The position numbers were made by a program, and so were the translations under genes. The notes under the pieces were generated by a model. It made no database searches, was not told the origin of the DNA, and saw nothing but the letters and a program-made list of their open reading frames with translations. From Planctomycetota bacterium (lineage in GTDB: Bacteria; Planctomycetota; UBA8108; SXIK01), in the NCBI GenBank assembly GCA_965223265.1, contig OZ244999.1:7584001-7648000 (forward strand): a stretch of 64,000 nt of DNA, read 5' to 3'. Of the stretch, positions 12,323 to 22,319 are shown piece after piece (position 1 is the stretch's first letter; each line of letters opens with the position of its first letter).

Positions 12323-13732
12323 GTGAAAGCAGCGTTCGTCACGGTCATCGCCCTCTATCTGCTGGCGCTCTTTGCGTTGACGTTTTTCATTCGTCGCCGC
12401 ATCGAGGGCGCAGAAGATTACATCGTCGCCGGTCGCAAGCTTCCCTTCTCGCTCTCGACTGCGACGCTCTTGGCGACGTGGTTCGGCGCTGGAACGCTCC
12501 TGGTCGCCGCCGACGAGGTCAACCGCGAGGGACTCCGCGTTGCCAGCCTCGAGCCAGTCGGGCCAGGCCTTTGCCTGGTGATCGCCGGTCTCTTCTACGC
12601 CGGCCCGTTGTGGAGTGCGAAGCTGCTGACGGTGAGCGATCTCGTGCGCCGGCGGTTCGGTCGTGTCGCCGAAATCATCTCGGTCGGTTACGAAATCAGT
12701 TTCTTCGCGTGGATCGCCGCGCAACTCGTGGCCGTAGCGGGAATCCTGGAGCTCTTCATCGGCCTGCCGCAGAGCGCCGGGATCTGCATCGTCGCGCTGG
12801 TGTCGATGCTCTACACGCTCGCCGGAGGCATGTGGTCGGTGACGCTCACCGACGCCCTGCAGATGCTGCTGATCGGTATCGGTTTGATCACGCTGGGCGC
12901 CGTCGTCTGGATCGAGCTTGGCAGCGGCGACACCCTCACGGCGATCGAGCGGCTGCGTGCTGAGACTCCGCCGAAGTTGTTCGTGTTCATGCCGCGAGAC
13001 GACTTGCGCGAGTTCTTTCAGTGGTGCAGTCTGCTTGTCGCCGGCACGATCGGGATCATTCCAGGCCAAGATCTCATGCAGCGAGTCTTCGCGGCGCGCA
13101 GCCGGCGTGTGGCCATCGGCGCTTGCCTCACGGGCGGTGTGCTCTATCTGTTGCTCGGCAGCTTGCCGGTGTTCCTGGGACTCGCAGCACGGACTCTGCT
13201 ACCGGCGGCGCACGAGCAAGTGATTCCAGCGCTGGCGCAGGCGTTCCTCTCGACGCCGATGGCGATTCTCTTCATCCTGATGGTCGTCTCAGCGGTGATG
13301 TCTTCGCTCGACAGCGCCCTGCTCGCACCGTCGAGCATCGTCGCCCAAAACCTCTTACGGCCGTGGCTGAGTGAACGCTGGTCGACGCTGCTCTTGACGC
13401 GACTGTGCGTGGTGTTCGTCGCCGCGATCAGTGTCCTCATGGCGCTAGCGGGCGACGACAAGTTCGCGCTCCTGGAGGCATCCTATTCGTTCAACCTGCC
13501 GCTCCTCGTTGTCCTCACGGCCTGCATCTACCAGAAGCGCACGGTGAGCGCGCCGGCGATCGCAACGCTAACGTTTGGTCTCGTCGCCTGGGCGTTTGAG
13601 CTCGTCTGGTCTATGTCGGCTGAGCGCGACATCGAAGAGATCGTGCGCGTCCCGTTTCCGCTGCTGGTTCTGGGCGGGAGCATCGTGCTCTACTGGGCGG
13701 CGCATGTGTGGTGCCGGGATCGTCACGGCTGA
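12323..13732 (+). CDS. Sodium:solute symporter family transporter
   Basis: EDYIVAGRKLP, ATWFGAGT, YTLAGGMWSVTLTDALQ, QDLMQRVFAA, SAVMSSLDS; many TM segments. Confidence 0.93.
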   Translation: MKAAFVTVIALYLLALFALTFFIRRRIEGAEDYIVAGRKLPFSLSTATLLATWFGAGTLLVAADEVNREGLRVASLEPVGPGLCLVIAGLFYAGPLWSAKLLTVSDLVRRRFGRVAEIISVGYEISFFAWIAAQLVAVAGILELFIGLPQSAGICIVALVSMLYTLAGGMWSVTLTDALQMLLIGIGLITLGAVVWIELGSGDTLTAIERLRAETPPKLFVFMPRDDLREFFQWCSLLVAGTIGIIPGQDLMQRVFAARSRRVAIGACLTGGVLYLLLGSLPVFLGLAARTLLPAAHEQVIPALAQAFLSTPMAILFILMVVSAVMSSLDSALLAPSSIVAQNLLRPWLSERWSTLLLTRLCVVFVAAISVLMALAGDDKFALLEASYSFNLPLLVVLTACIYQKRTVSAPAIATLTFGLVAWAFELVWSMSAERDIEEIVRVPFPLLVLGGSIVLYWAAHVWCRDRHG

Positions 13733-13992
13733 CTTCGACGAGCGTCTGTCGCTTTTCGGTAACAGAGGCGGGCGGGGTGGCGTCGGGCCTTGGTTTCGAT
13801 GCGTTGCCGTTCCCGCCGTCTCCATTCGTCGTTTTCGTTGTTGACCGGAACACGGAGCGGCAATAGGATCAATTCTAGGGGTTAGGATTCGAGCGCAGAC
13901 GGGGAAGAACGGAGCGACGACTCGCGACGTTACGGGAGTTTCTGTCTCCCAATCGTCAATAGGTCGCGCCTCGAAAGCTTGTGGAGGTTCGT

Positions 13993-15853
13993 ATGAAGAG
14001 GGCATCGGTTGGGTCGCGTCCTAGTCGGATGTGTCGTGGTATTTTGTTGTGTTTCAATCTCGTCGGCCTGTCGGCGATGTCGGCCGACTCCGAGCCTCTC
14101 CCCGGACCGGCGCTTGAGGTTCCCGTCGACGTCGATGGTGATGGGGCCTCGAGCTACGGGGACCTTTATTTCTTCAACTACTGGCTGGAATCCGGGGGCG
14201 ACCTGGGGGAAAGCACTGTCTGCGGGCAAGGCTGGAAACGGCGGGATCATTGACCTTTCGGCGTTTTTCTCGTCCTCAGCCGCTGCGTTGGCGCCGACAG
14301 GCAGCGAGCCACCGCCGGCAACCGCTGCAGCCGAAGGTGCCGCCGCCGCGGCGGGGAGCTGCATGGTGCCCGCGCTGGTCACCCCTCCGGACAACGTGCC
14401 CGGCGCGCCTGTTGCGACACCGATCGCGCCTGGGTGTCTGTTTGAGACCGGCAGGAGTGAGTTCGATTTTCCCAGTGAATTCGACATGGACGAGTTTCGA
14501 CGACTCTATTGCGCCCGGGCCACGCCGAACGTGGCTATATCCGGCGCTGCACGATTGAATCTTTCCAAGTCTCCCAACGACGGCAAGATTCCGCTCGTAG
14601 GTTCAGAACTTAGTCCTCCGAATCTTGTCAACCAGCCGGGTTTCGTCGCGGCAGGTATCGCGGTCCGAAAGTCACCGGCAAACACCAATTGTGACCCTCT
14701 GTTGCAAGGTCTCTCCTCCGTTCATGTCGTGACCACGTGGCCCGGGTCCCTATGCGAGTTGATTTGCAGAACGGCCTGGACAACGACAAGCGTTGGCTCC
14801 TTTTGTGAATTCTGCCCCGAGCTCAAGGGTGGCCCCAGCTGCAATTTCACGCCGACGATACCAGCCGGCGAACTCATCGAGCAGCCTTATGCGATCGACG
14901 TCTTCCGCCTAGGCATGCCGAACTTCGGCGGTGTCGCAGTGGACGATGTCGTTTTCTCGGATGCCTCGACGGTGGGTGCACGGATACGCTGCGGGAACAC
15001 GGACACGAATTGCGCTGCAAAGGATCCACCGCCCACAACCGGATTGGTGACCACTCTGGTGGACCTCGACGGCGCCGGAGTGGAAAAGGTATTAAGCCTC
15101 GCGCTCGGTGACTTCAGAGGCGCAGGCGCCTTTGCGGCTTACTACGTCGCCGTGCTGTTTTCCGGTTCACATCAAATTCGAAGGTTGCGCTGGGACGGTG
15201 CGAACTACGTCGATGAGGTCTTTGTTGACACGCTGCCTCCGAACAACACCGCGCACTCTCTGGAGTTCGACGAGTTCACGACTTTCTCAGGAGCCGAAGC
15301 CGGGTCAGGAGACCTCTTCGTCAGCGAGGAGGGCAGTCTCGCACGCATCTGGCGGATCAACGAAAACGGTCAGGTTTCTGACTTCGGCAGCGGGTTCAGA
15401 GACCCTAACGGCATGGCGTTCCACCCGGCGGGTGTCATGCTCGTCTCGGACGACCCCAACCCGACGGGTACGGGAGACGCCAATGTCCTCGTCCTCGACG
15501 GCTGGCGCAGCATGTTCAATCGTGGCGACGGCAACGCCGACGGCACCATCGACATCTCCGACGTCATCTTCATCATGAATTGGGCAACTGGGTCAGAACC
15601 CATCGTGGAGCCGTCATGCCTGGACGCGGCTGACGCCAACCACGACAGCACCATTGACATCAGCGATGGCATCTACGTTTCCAACTTCCTCTTTATCGAC
15701 GGCCCACCGCCCGATCCACCGTTTCGTGGGATTGATCCCGGCGACTGGTGTCCGGGGGCGGAGATCAACAGCGAAGGCGCCGACGCCACGGTTGATCCAA
15801 CTGTCGACCTCTTGGGCTGTATTAGCTACCGAAACTGCACGGTCAATTTCTAA
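13993..15853 (+). CDS. Secreted Cys-rich propeller-like protein with C-terminal dockerin-like module; apparent +1 frameshift at the G5 run 14205-14209
   Basis: GGAGG RBS then ATG 13993. The first frame encodes a signal-like segment and DVDGDGASSYGD; removing one G joins it to the 14009-15853 frame, which ends FNRGDGNADGTIDISD...CLDAADANHDSTIDISD...LLGC. Confidence 0.7.
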
Positions 15854-15898
15854 AGCTGCATCTATATCCACAATCTGTCGTCCGCACGTGAGGGTGTC

Positions 15899-17387
15899 AT
15901 GAGAGTCTCGTTTCTGACCGCAGGCGCGTCGCTTCTATGCATGGCGGTCACTCCCCAGACGCTGGCGCAGTGCCCCCCGGAAGATATCTCCGACATCAAC
16001 CCGTCCGCGACTGCCGTCGTTCACACCAACGGGTACGCGTTTTCGATCGGCTCAGCCTCCGGAGCTGTCGGCGACGTCGTCGCGCTGTCCGTCGCGGTGC
16101 GCTCGGAGTTCCCTCACGAGGGCCGACCAATGGCTCTCGAACTTGCGGTTTGCCACGACCCGGAGGTCGCTGAGCTCGTCGGCGCTCCACTCTACACCGA
16201 CGAGTTCACCTCCCTGCTCGGGATCGTCGGCTTGGGTTTCCAGCCAGTCGACGAGGACACCATTGCCAATCAGCACGGTCATGGTTTCTGGTTTTGGGCA
16301 AGTTTGGACCAGGAGGCGTTCAACGCGCGTTTTCCCTCCCCGACGCCGCTGGTGATGATGACTCTTTACTACCGGCTGAAGGGAAGCCCGGGCGACACTG
16401 GCTTCCTGGCGTTTTGCGATGGCGACCTCGAATTCGGAGCCAACTGCCGCTACAACAGGTTGGCGACGGGCAATGAGACTCAATTGCGCGAGCCCGCCGG
16501 CTGGATTTACCTTTCGACTGCCAACGCCGATGGGATGCTCAACGTCGTCGATGGCCCCGCCACCCACCCGGATCGCCCTGCGGCGCCACCACATGCTACG
16601 GTCTATCCCGATCGTCCCACGGACGCGGAGACGAACTTCCGGATCCGCCTCTCCGGCGCCGTCGGTTGGCCCGGAGCCAGCGCCGTACCCGTCGACGTTT
16701 ATTCCCGCGCCGATGTCGAGTACGTCGGCCTACTGATCCCCCTCGACTTCGACGAGCGCTGCCTTCGAGTTCGTCGTGTCGAGGTCCACGCCGTCACCGG
16801 CGTCGACCTTGTCAACAACGAAGACGAGCTCCCCGGCGCAAGCGTCGAGGAAGGCAACGTCGTGATCTTCACCGGCCTCGGCATCGACAATCGGCGCCTT
16901 GCCGCTGAGGGCGAGGAGCTTCTCGTCGCGACCCTCTACGTCGATGTCCTCGAGGCAGCTAGTGCCGTTACCGAGACCACGATCACCGTTCAGCCAGTGT
17001 CGATACACTCCCCTTGGATCGGGGTGCGCCATCAAGGCGAGGTGAGCACGGGAGATCCCGCTGTGACGAGCGAAATCGAGCCGATCTCTTTGCTTCACAG
17101 CATCCTCGCCGTCCGTGCCGACGCCACGACGTTTCTACGCGGCGACGCCAACGATGACGGCAGCGTCGACATCAGCGACGCCCTGCGTACGCTGGGTTTT
17201 TCTCTTCGTCGACAGCGCCGCGCCTCCTTGCCCCGATGCCGCCGACGCCAATGACGACGGCCAGGTGGACATCAGCGATCCGATCCTCACACTGATGTTC
17301 CTCTTTGTCGGCGTCGGCGAACTGGCCGCGCCCTTCGAGTCAGCTGGAGAAGACCCGACTCTCGACAGCTTGGGGTGTCGGGAGTGA
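15899..17387 (+). CDS. Secreted protein with two cohesin-like domains and a C-terminal dockerin-like module; apparent +1 frameshift at the T5 run 17197-17201
   Basis: Signal peptide; two beta-rich repeats (FSIGSASGAVGDVVALSVAV...HDPEVAELV; IRLSGAVGWPGASAVPVDVY...FDERCLRV). FLRGDANDDGSVDISD lies in one frame and FLFVDSAAPPCPDAADANDDGQVDISD...DPTLDSLGC in the next; deleting one T fuses them. Confidence 0.8.
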
Positions 17388-17581
17388 CTACGGCGCGCGA
17401 TTCGCGTTCCGGACGGGAAAGGTCGACTCTACCGAAGGTTTTTTTTCGCAAAGGCTGAACAAGACGTGACGAGCTGCCGGCGCCGGATCCTGTTTGTCCG
17501 GCTCAATCGACCCCTCTACCGAGCCGTGTTACGATGGACGTGTCGTCCATGAACGTTCACCGATTCCAGAAGGAGTCAGCC

Positions 17582-18763
17582 ATGAAGAAGCTGATCGCGA
17601 TCGGGATTCTCGTCGGCGCGGTGACCTCGCAAGCCCGCGGCGGTGCGGGCGACGAGGTCTCGCGCTTCATTCGCGGCGACGCCAACTGCGATCTGCTGCG
17701 CGACATCAGCGACCCCATCTATGCCCTCAACTTTCTGTTTCGCAGCGGACCATCCCCCTGCTGCTTAGCGGTGCTCGACACCAACGCCGACGGCGGCGGC
17801 GACATCAGCGACGCCATCACCGACCTCAACTTTCTCTTTGTAGGGATCGGGTCGATCCCGCAGCCATTTCCCGACTGCGGCAGCGTTCAAGGCGCTGATT
17901 GTCCGCTACATCCCTGCAACGCCGCACCGCCGGTCGCCATCGACTGGGTAACGATCGGCGATCCCGGAAACTCCCCAGACGACACCGGGTACGGCGCCGT
18001 CGCCGAGACCTACCGCATCGCCAAGTTCGAGGTCACCAACGCGCAGTGGGCAGCCTTTCTCAACACGGTCGACCCCGAAGGAACCAACGAGCTCAAACTC
18101 TTTGTCAACAAGATGGATACCGATCCCATCGGTGGCATCGAGCAGACTCCCCCAAGCGCTAGTGGCGCGAAGTATGTCGTCAAGGAGGGCCGTGGCGACA
18201 GACCAGTCGTTTACGTCTCGTGGATGAGTGTCGTTCGCTTCTGCAACTGGCTCCACAACGGACAGGGTGGGCCGGGTTCCACCGAGAATGGGGCCTACGA
18301 GAGGATCGGCGGCGGAACCATCACCGGCGTCGGTGCGATCATGATCGAACGTACCTCCACGGCGAACTTCTTCTTGCCAACGAAGAATGAATGGTACAAA
18401 GCGGCGTACTTTCAGCCGGACAATGGCTCCTATTCCGATTACGGCACGCAGTCAAACACCGAGCCGACCGCTCAGGCACCGCCAGGAGATGCGAATTCGG
18501 CGAATCTTGAACTAGTTGTCAACGACGTGACCGACGTCGGAGCCTACAGCAATGCGCTGAGCGCCTACGGAACGTTCGATCAGTGCGGTAACGTCTGGGA
18601 ATGGAGGGAGGGTACGCCGGAGATTCTTCGTCGGCCGGTCCAAATTGGCGGCTGGCCCGACAGCGCGGAAACCTGCGCCTCCACCGAGGACCGATTCATC
18701 GTGTTCGATGCGGACGACGCCGGCTTCAACTTTCTCGGCTTCCGTCCCGCCGCACGCCCTTGA
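17582..18763 (+). CDS. Secreted dockerin-like + FGE-sulfatase (SUMF1/C-lectin fold) domain protein
   Basis: AAGGAG RBS then MKKLIAIG; FIRGDANCDLLRDISD...DTNADGGGDISD; FGE motifs IAKFEVTNAQW, PVVYVSW, FCNWL, LPTKNEWYKAA, DQCGNVWEW, LGFR. Confidence 0.88.
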   Translation: MKKLIAIGILVGAVTSQARGGAGDEVSRFIRGDANCDLLRDISDPIYALNFLFRSGPSPCCLAVLDTNADGGGDISDAITDLNFLFVGIGSIPQPFPDCGSVQGADCPLHPCNAAPPVAIDWVTIGDPGNSPDDTGYGAVAETYRIAKFEVTNAQWAAFLNTVDPEGTNELKLFVNKMDTDPIGGIEQTPPSASGAKYVVKEGRGDRPVVYVSWMSVVRFCNWLHNGQGGPGSTENGAYERIGGGTITGVGAIMIERTSTANFFLPTKNEWYKAAYFQPDNGSYSDYGTQSNTEPTAQAPPGDANSANLELVVNDVTDVGAYSNALSAYGTFDQCGNVWEWREGTPEILRRPVQIGGWPDSAETCASTEDRFIVFDADDAGFNFLGFRPAARP

Positions 18764-19017
18764 GCTTCTGGCGCTTCTGCAGCAGAGCTCCTGAGCAAAA
18801 CCTCAGGTTTGGCTTCCATTCGTCTCTGCACGTGGTGTAGACAGGGCTGAGCATCTGTAGCGGAAGATCTCCGCAAAACTGATCCGCCCCGACGCGACGA
18901 GATGGGAACCGCGGAGCGAGGCAGACGATTTCACGATCGCTCCATTATTTTTTGCGCCGCGGTCTTTCCGGTTGTAGAGTGACCGAGTCACCGCGACCCG
19001 CCAACGCTTCGGACACC

Positions 19018-21534
19018 ATGTTTCGGACACGATATAACTTCGGCGTGGTCCCTGACGCTCGCACCGCTGCGGTGGTAGCCGTCACGCTCGCTTCCCTGGT
19101 GCTCGTCGGGACGATCTCGCTGGCTGGCGGGCTCAGAGCGGCCACTGATTGGGCCTTCAACGAGATCTATGCCCTGCCGGGAGACGATGCCAACGGTGAC
19201 GGCCGCGTCGATCCGGCCGACGCCTTCGTCGAGCTCGTCAATCTCGCCGACTCTGAGGAAAATGTCAGCGGCTTTGCGATCGTCGCCGATGGTGAAGTCG
19301 TTCACTCCTTTTCGAATGGCTTTCGGGTGCGACGCGGCTGCGCCGCGGTCGTCTTCGCCGGCGGACCGATCCTCAGGGACCTCGGCGGCGCCGACGCCGA
19401 GGTTGCCTCGAGCGGCGGGCTTGATCTGACGCGCGTCGCTCGACTGTCGCTCATCGATCGAGAGCAGCGACCGCGGGCAGACGTGTCGCTGGTCGGGCTC
19501 ATGGCGGTCGGCGCATCGGTGACACTCACCCCGGACCTGCACGGAACACACTACGCCGAGCATCCCGCCGTTGGAATCGAGAACGGTCGATCCTCACCGG
19601 GTCGCCGGCGCGATGGCGCACGCTTCGTCGGCTGTCGAGCGCCACCGCGGACGGCTGAGATCTGGCAACTCCAGGGAGCCGGCGCGCGTTCGCCCTACGC
19701 GTTCGAGCACATCTCGGTTCCGCGGAGCGTTGTCACGGCCATCCTGCCCCGCGGCTTGTTCGTCCAGACGCCGCAAGGACGCTCCGACGACGACCCGCAG
19801 ACCTCCGACGCTCTCTTTGTCAAGGTCACTGGCGGACGTTCCAGCGTTGGTGTCGGCGACATCGTCGCCTTGCGAGGTCTCATCGTCGAAGACGGCGGTC
19901 TGACTCAGCTCGCGGGCACAGTGGAAGTTGAAGTCGTCGGTCGGGGCAGGGTCCCGGAGCCGGTTGGGCTCACGGGCGCGGCGCTCCTCGAGTCGGTGAC
20001 GACGGAGGCGGAGGCGGCGACGATTCTCGAGAGGTACGAAGGCATGCTCGTGGCGCTGGCGCAGACGACGGTCACCTCGCCCACCAACGCGCTGGGGAAC
20101 GCCGCCATCACCCTGACGGGAAGACGCGCGTTCCGCGAGCCCGGGCTTGCCTTTCCGGGGCTTCCCGGCCTGCCGACGTGGGACGGCAACCCGGAAGTGT
20201 TGACGTTTCGGCCCGGCGCGGTCCAGCCCGCATCACCGCGCCTCATCGCCGGCGCCCGCCTGGCGCGCTGCGTCGGACTCCTCAGCTCTCAACTCGGCGC
20301 CTACGAGATCTTGCCGATTCATTACCACGTCGCGTCTGAGTCTCACCCCCGAGGCGTTCGTGCTCGTCGCCGCGGAGAGTTCACGATCGCGACGCAGAAT
20401 CTGTTGCTCCTCGTTGACGACGAGACCGACGCCGCGACTGGCCGCCGCGGCGTCGATGGCCGAACGTATCAGCGCCGGCTGACGAAGCACGCCACAGCCG
20501 TCCGCGACATGCTCCAGCTGCCGGACATCCTCGCTGTTCAGGAGGTAGAGAACTTGCAGACGCTGTCGGCGCTGGCCCGGCGTGTCGAGACGCTAGCTAG
20601 CGATGGCGCTGCCATCGGCTATCGCGCCTTTCTCGCGGAAGGGCGCGACCCGTCGGGAATCGATGTCGGCTTCCTCGTGCGGGACTCGATCGCAGTAGAG
20701 TCCGTCGAGCAGATCGGTAGCGACGCGTTGTTCGCCTTCGAAGGCGAGCTGCACGCGACGTTCTCGCGGCCGCCGCTGGTGCTTCACTGCCAAGCGCCCT
20801 CGGCGCCGCTGGTCGAGTCGACGTCGCTGTCGCTCACCGTCGTCAACGTTCATTTGAGATCGCGCCGCGGAATCGAGAATGGGTCCTTCGCGCCTACCAA
20901 GCGAAAAGCGCAGGCGGAGTGGCTCGCCCGCTGGATTCAGTCGTTTCAGAGCGGTGAGCGTGACCGAGCCCTCGTCGTCACGGGCGATTTCAATGCGTTC
21001 GAGTTCTCCGATGGCCACGTCGACGTCGTCGGAGAAATCAGCGGGACGGCACGTCTCGGAGAAGCGATCCTGCCGGCGACCGAAAGCGTCGCGCCGCCGC
21101 TCGAGAACGTCGTCCTGCGGCTACCGCCCGGCGAGCGATACTCGTTCATTTTTCGCGGCTCAGCGCAGACACTTGACCACACCCTGGTGTCATCGCGCCT
21201 GGCGCCATTCGTCACCGGTGTCGAGTTCGCGCGTTCCAACGCCGATTTCCCTACAGCGCTGGCGGCGAGCGCGTCAACCCCGGTGCGCGCCAGCGATCAC
21301 GATGGACTCGTCGTGTATTTCTCTGCCGCGACACTTGGCCCACGCGCGCCGGGCGACGTCAACTCGGACGCGACCGTCGACATCAGCGACGCTGTGTTCC
21401 TGCTGCGCTATCTCTTCGCCGGCGGTCCGGCTCCGAATCACCTGAGCGCTGCCGATTTGAATGCGGACGGCCGCGTCGACGTGACAGATGTTCGCCAGCT
21501 CCTCAGGCGCGTCGTCGGCAGACCCGAGACGTGA
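19018..21534 (+). CDS. Extracellular endonuclease/exonuclease/phosphatase (ExeM/NucH-like) with N-terminal LTD and C-terminal dockerin-like module
   Basis: FNEIYA...FVELVN (LTD); OB-like FVQTP...SDALFV; EEP motifs IATQN, AVQEVE, VNVHL, TGDFN, LDHTL, ASDHD; PGDVNSDATVDISD...DLNADGRVDVTD. Start uncertain. Confidence 0.88.
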   Translation: MFRTRYNFGVVPDARTAAVVAVTLASLVLVGTISLAGGLRAATDWAFNEIYALPGDDANGDGRVDPADAFVELVNLADSEENVSGFAIVADGEVVHSFSNGFRVRRGCAAVVFAGGPILRDLGGADAEVASSGGLDLTRVARLSLIDREQRPRADVSLVGLMAVGASVTLTPDLHGTHYAEHPAVGIENGRSSPGRRRDGARFVGCRAPPRTAEIWQLQGAGARSPYAFEHISVPRSVVTAILPRGLFVQTPQGRSDDDPQTSDALFVKVTGGRSSVGVGDIVALRGLIVEDGGLTQLAGTVEVEVVGRGRVPEPVGLTGAALLESVTTEAEAATILERYEGMLVALAQTTVTSPTNALGNAAITLTGRRAFREPGLAFPGLPGLPTWDGNPEVLTFRPGAVQPASPRLIAGARLARCVGLLSSQLGAYEILPIHYHVASESHPRGVRARRRGEFTIATQNLLLLVDDETDAATGRRGVDGRTYQRRLTKHATAVRDMLQLPDILAVQEVENLQTLSALARRVETLASDGAAIGYRAFLAEGRDPSGIDVGFLVRDSIAVESVEQIGSDALFAFEGELHATFSRPPLVLHCQAPSAPLVESTSLSLTVVNVHLRSRRGIENGSFAPTKRKAQAEWLARWIQSFQSGERDRALVVTGDFNAFEFSDGHVDVVGEISGTARLGEAILPATESVAPPLENVVLRLPPGERYSFIFRGSAQTLDHTLVSSRLAPFVTGVEFARSNADFPTALAASASTPVRASDHDGLVVYFSAATLGPRAPGDVNSDATVDISDAVFLLRYLFAGGPAPNHLSAADLNADGRVDVTDVRQLLRRVVGRPET

Positions 21535-21613
21535 CATCAAGTCGCGTCAACCGGCGTTCCTACGACGCGGTGGTGTCAGAGACAGAGGCGGAGACAGAGG
21601 CAGAGGCAGATGG

Positions 21614-22175
21614 CGGAGACAGATACGGACCCAGAGGCAGACACGGACCGCCCACACCCACACGCAATCGCACACCGACACGCATCCGCGACGGCACGCG
21701 GAGCGTGCCTGCTACGATATGACGGAGACGGAGACAGATACGGACCCAGAGGCAGACACGGACCGCCCACACCCACACGCAATCGCACACCGACACGCAT
21801 CCGCGACGGCACGCGGAGCGTGCCTGCTACGATATGACGGAGACGGAGACAGATACGGACCCAGAGGCAGACACGGACCGCCCACACCCACACGCAATCG
21901 CACACCGACACGCATCCGCGACGGCACGCGGAGCGTGCCTGCTACGATATGACGGAGACGGAGACAGATACGGACCCAGAGGCAGACACGGACCGCCCAC
22001 ACCCACACGCAATCGCACACCGACACGCATCCGCGACGGCACGCGGAGCGTGCCTGCTACGATATGACGGAGACGGAGACAGATACGGACCCAGAGGCAG
22101 ACACGGACCGCCCACACCCACACGCAATCGCACACCGACACGCATCCGCGACGGCACACGGAGTGTGCCTGCTAC
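21614..22175. repeat. Tandem array of about 4.9 x 115-bp units, each with a GTAG-type REP-like hairpin
   Basis: Units start at 21721, 21836, 21951, 22066 (first unit partial from 21614). Hairpin GGCACGCGGAGCGTGCC-TGCTAC at 21693, 21808, 21923, 22038 and a variant at 22153; lies between convergent genes. Confidence 0.95.
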
Positions 22176-22319
22176 TTTAGCACTCCCACGCCCACACGCA
22201 CTCGCAATCGCTGACGCACACACCGACGCTCACGCTCACCCACTCGCACTCCCCCACGGGACTCGTGGCAACGCCACACGGAGCCTGCCGCTACCTTGTC
22301 GCCGGACGTCACCTCGACG

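Noticed and set aside
11873-13069. ORFs with ETETET, SVSVSV or RRQR repeats (similar ones at 21488-22323)
   Set aside because: These are translations of non-coding tandem repeats and overlap better-supported genes.
18560-18763. DGR variable region in the FGE/C-lectin-fold gene
   Set aside because: The fold suits a DGR target, but I found no template repeat differing at adenines and no reverse transcriptase in the window; a remote DGR cannot be excluded.
17582-18763. True formylglycine-generating enzyme for the nearby sulfatases
   Set aside because: It lacks the RGGSW core and the catalytic Cys pair, and is secreted with a dockerin; more likely a binding domain.
21614-22175. CRISPR array
   Set aside because: The sequence between hairpins is identical from unit to unit, so there are no unique spacers, and no cas genes are present.
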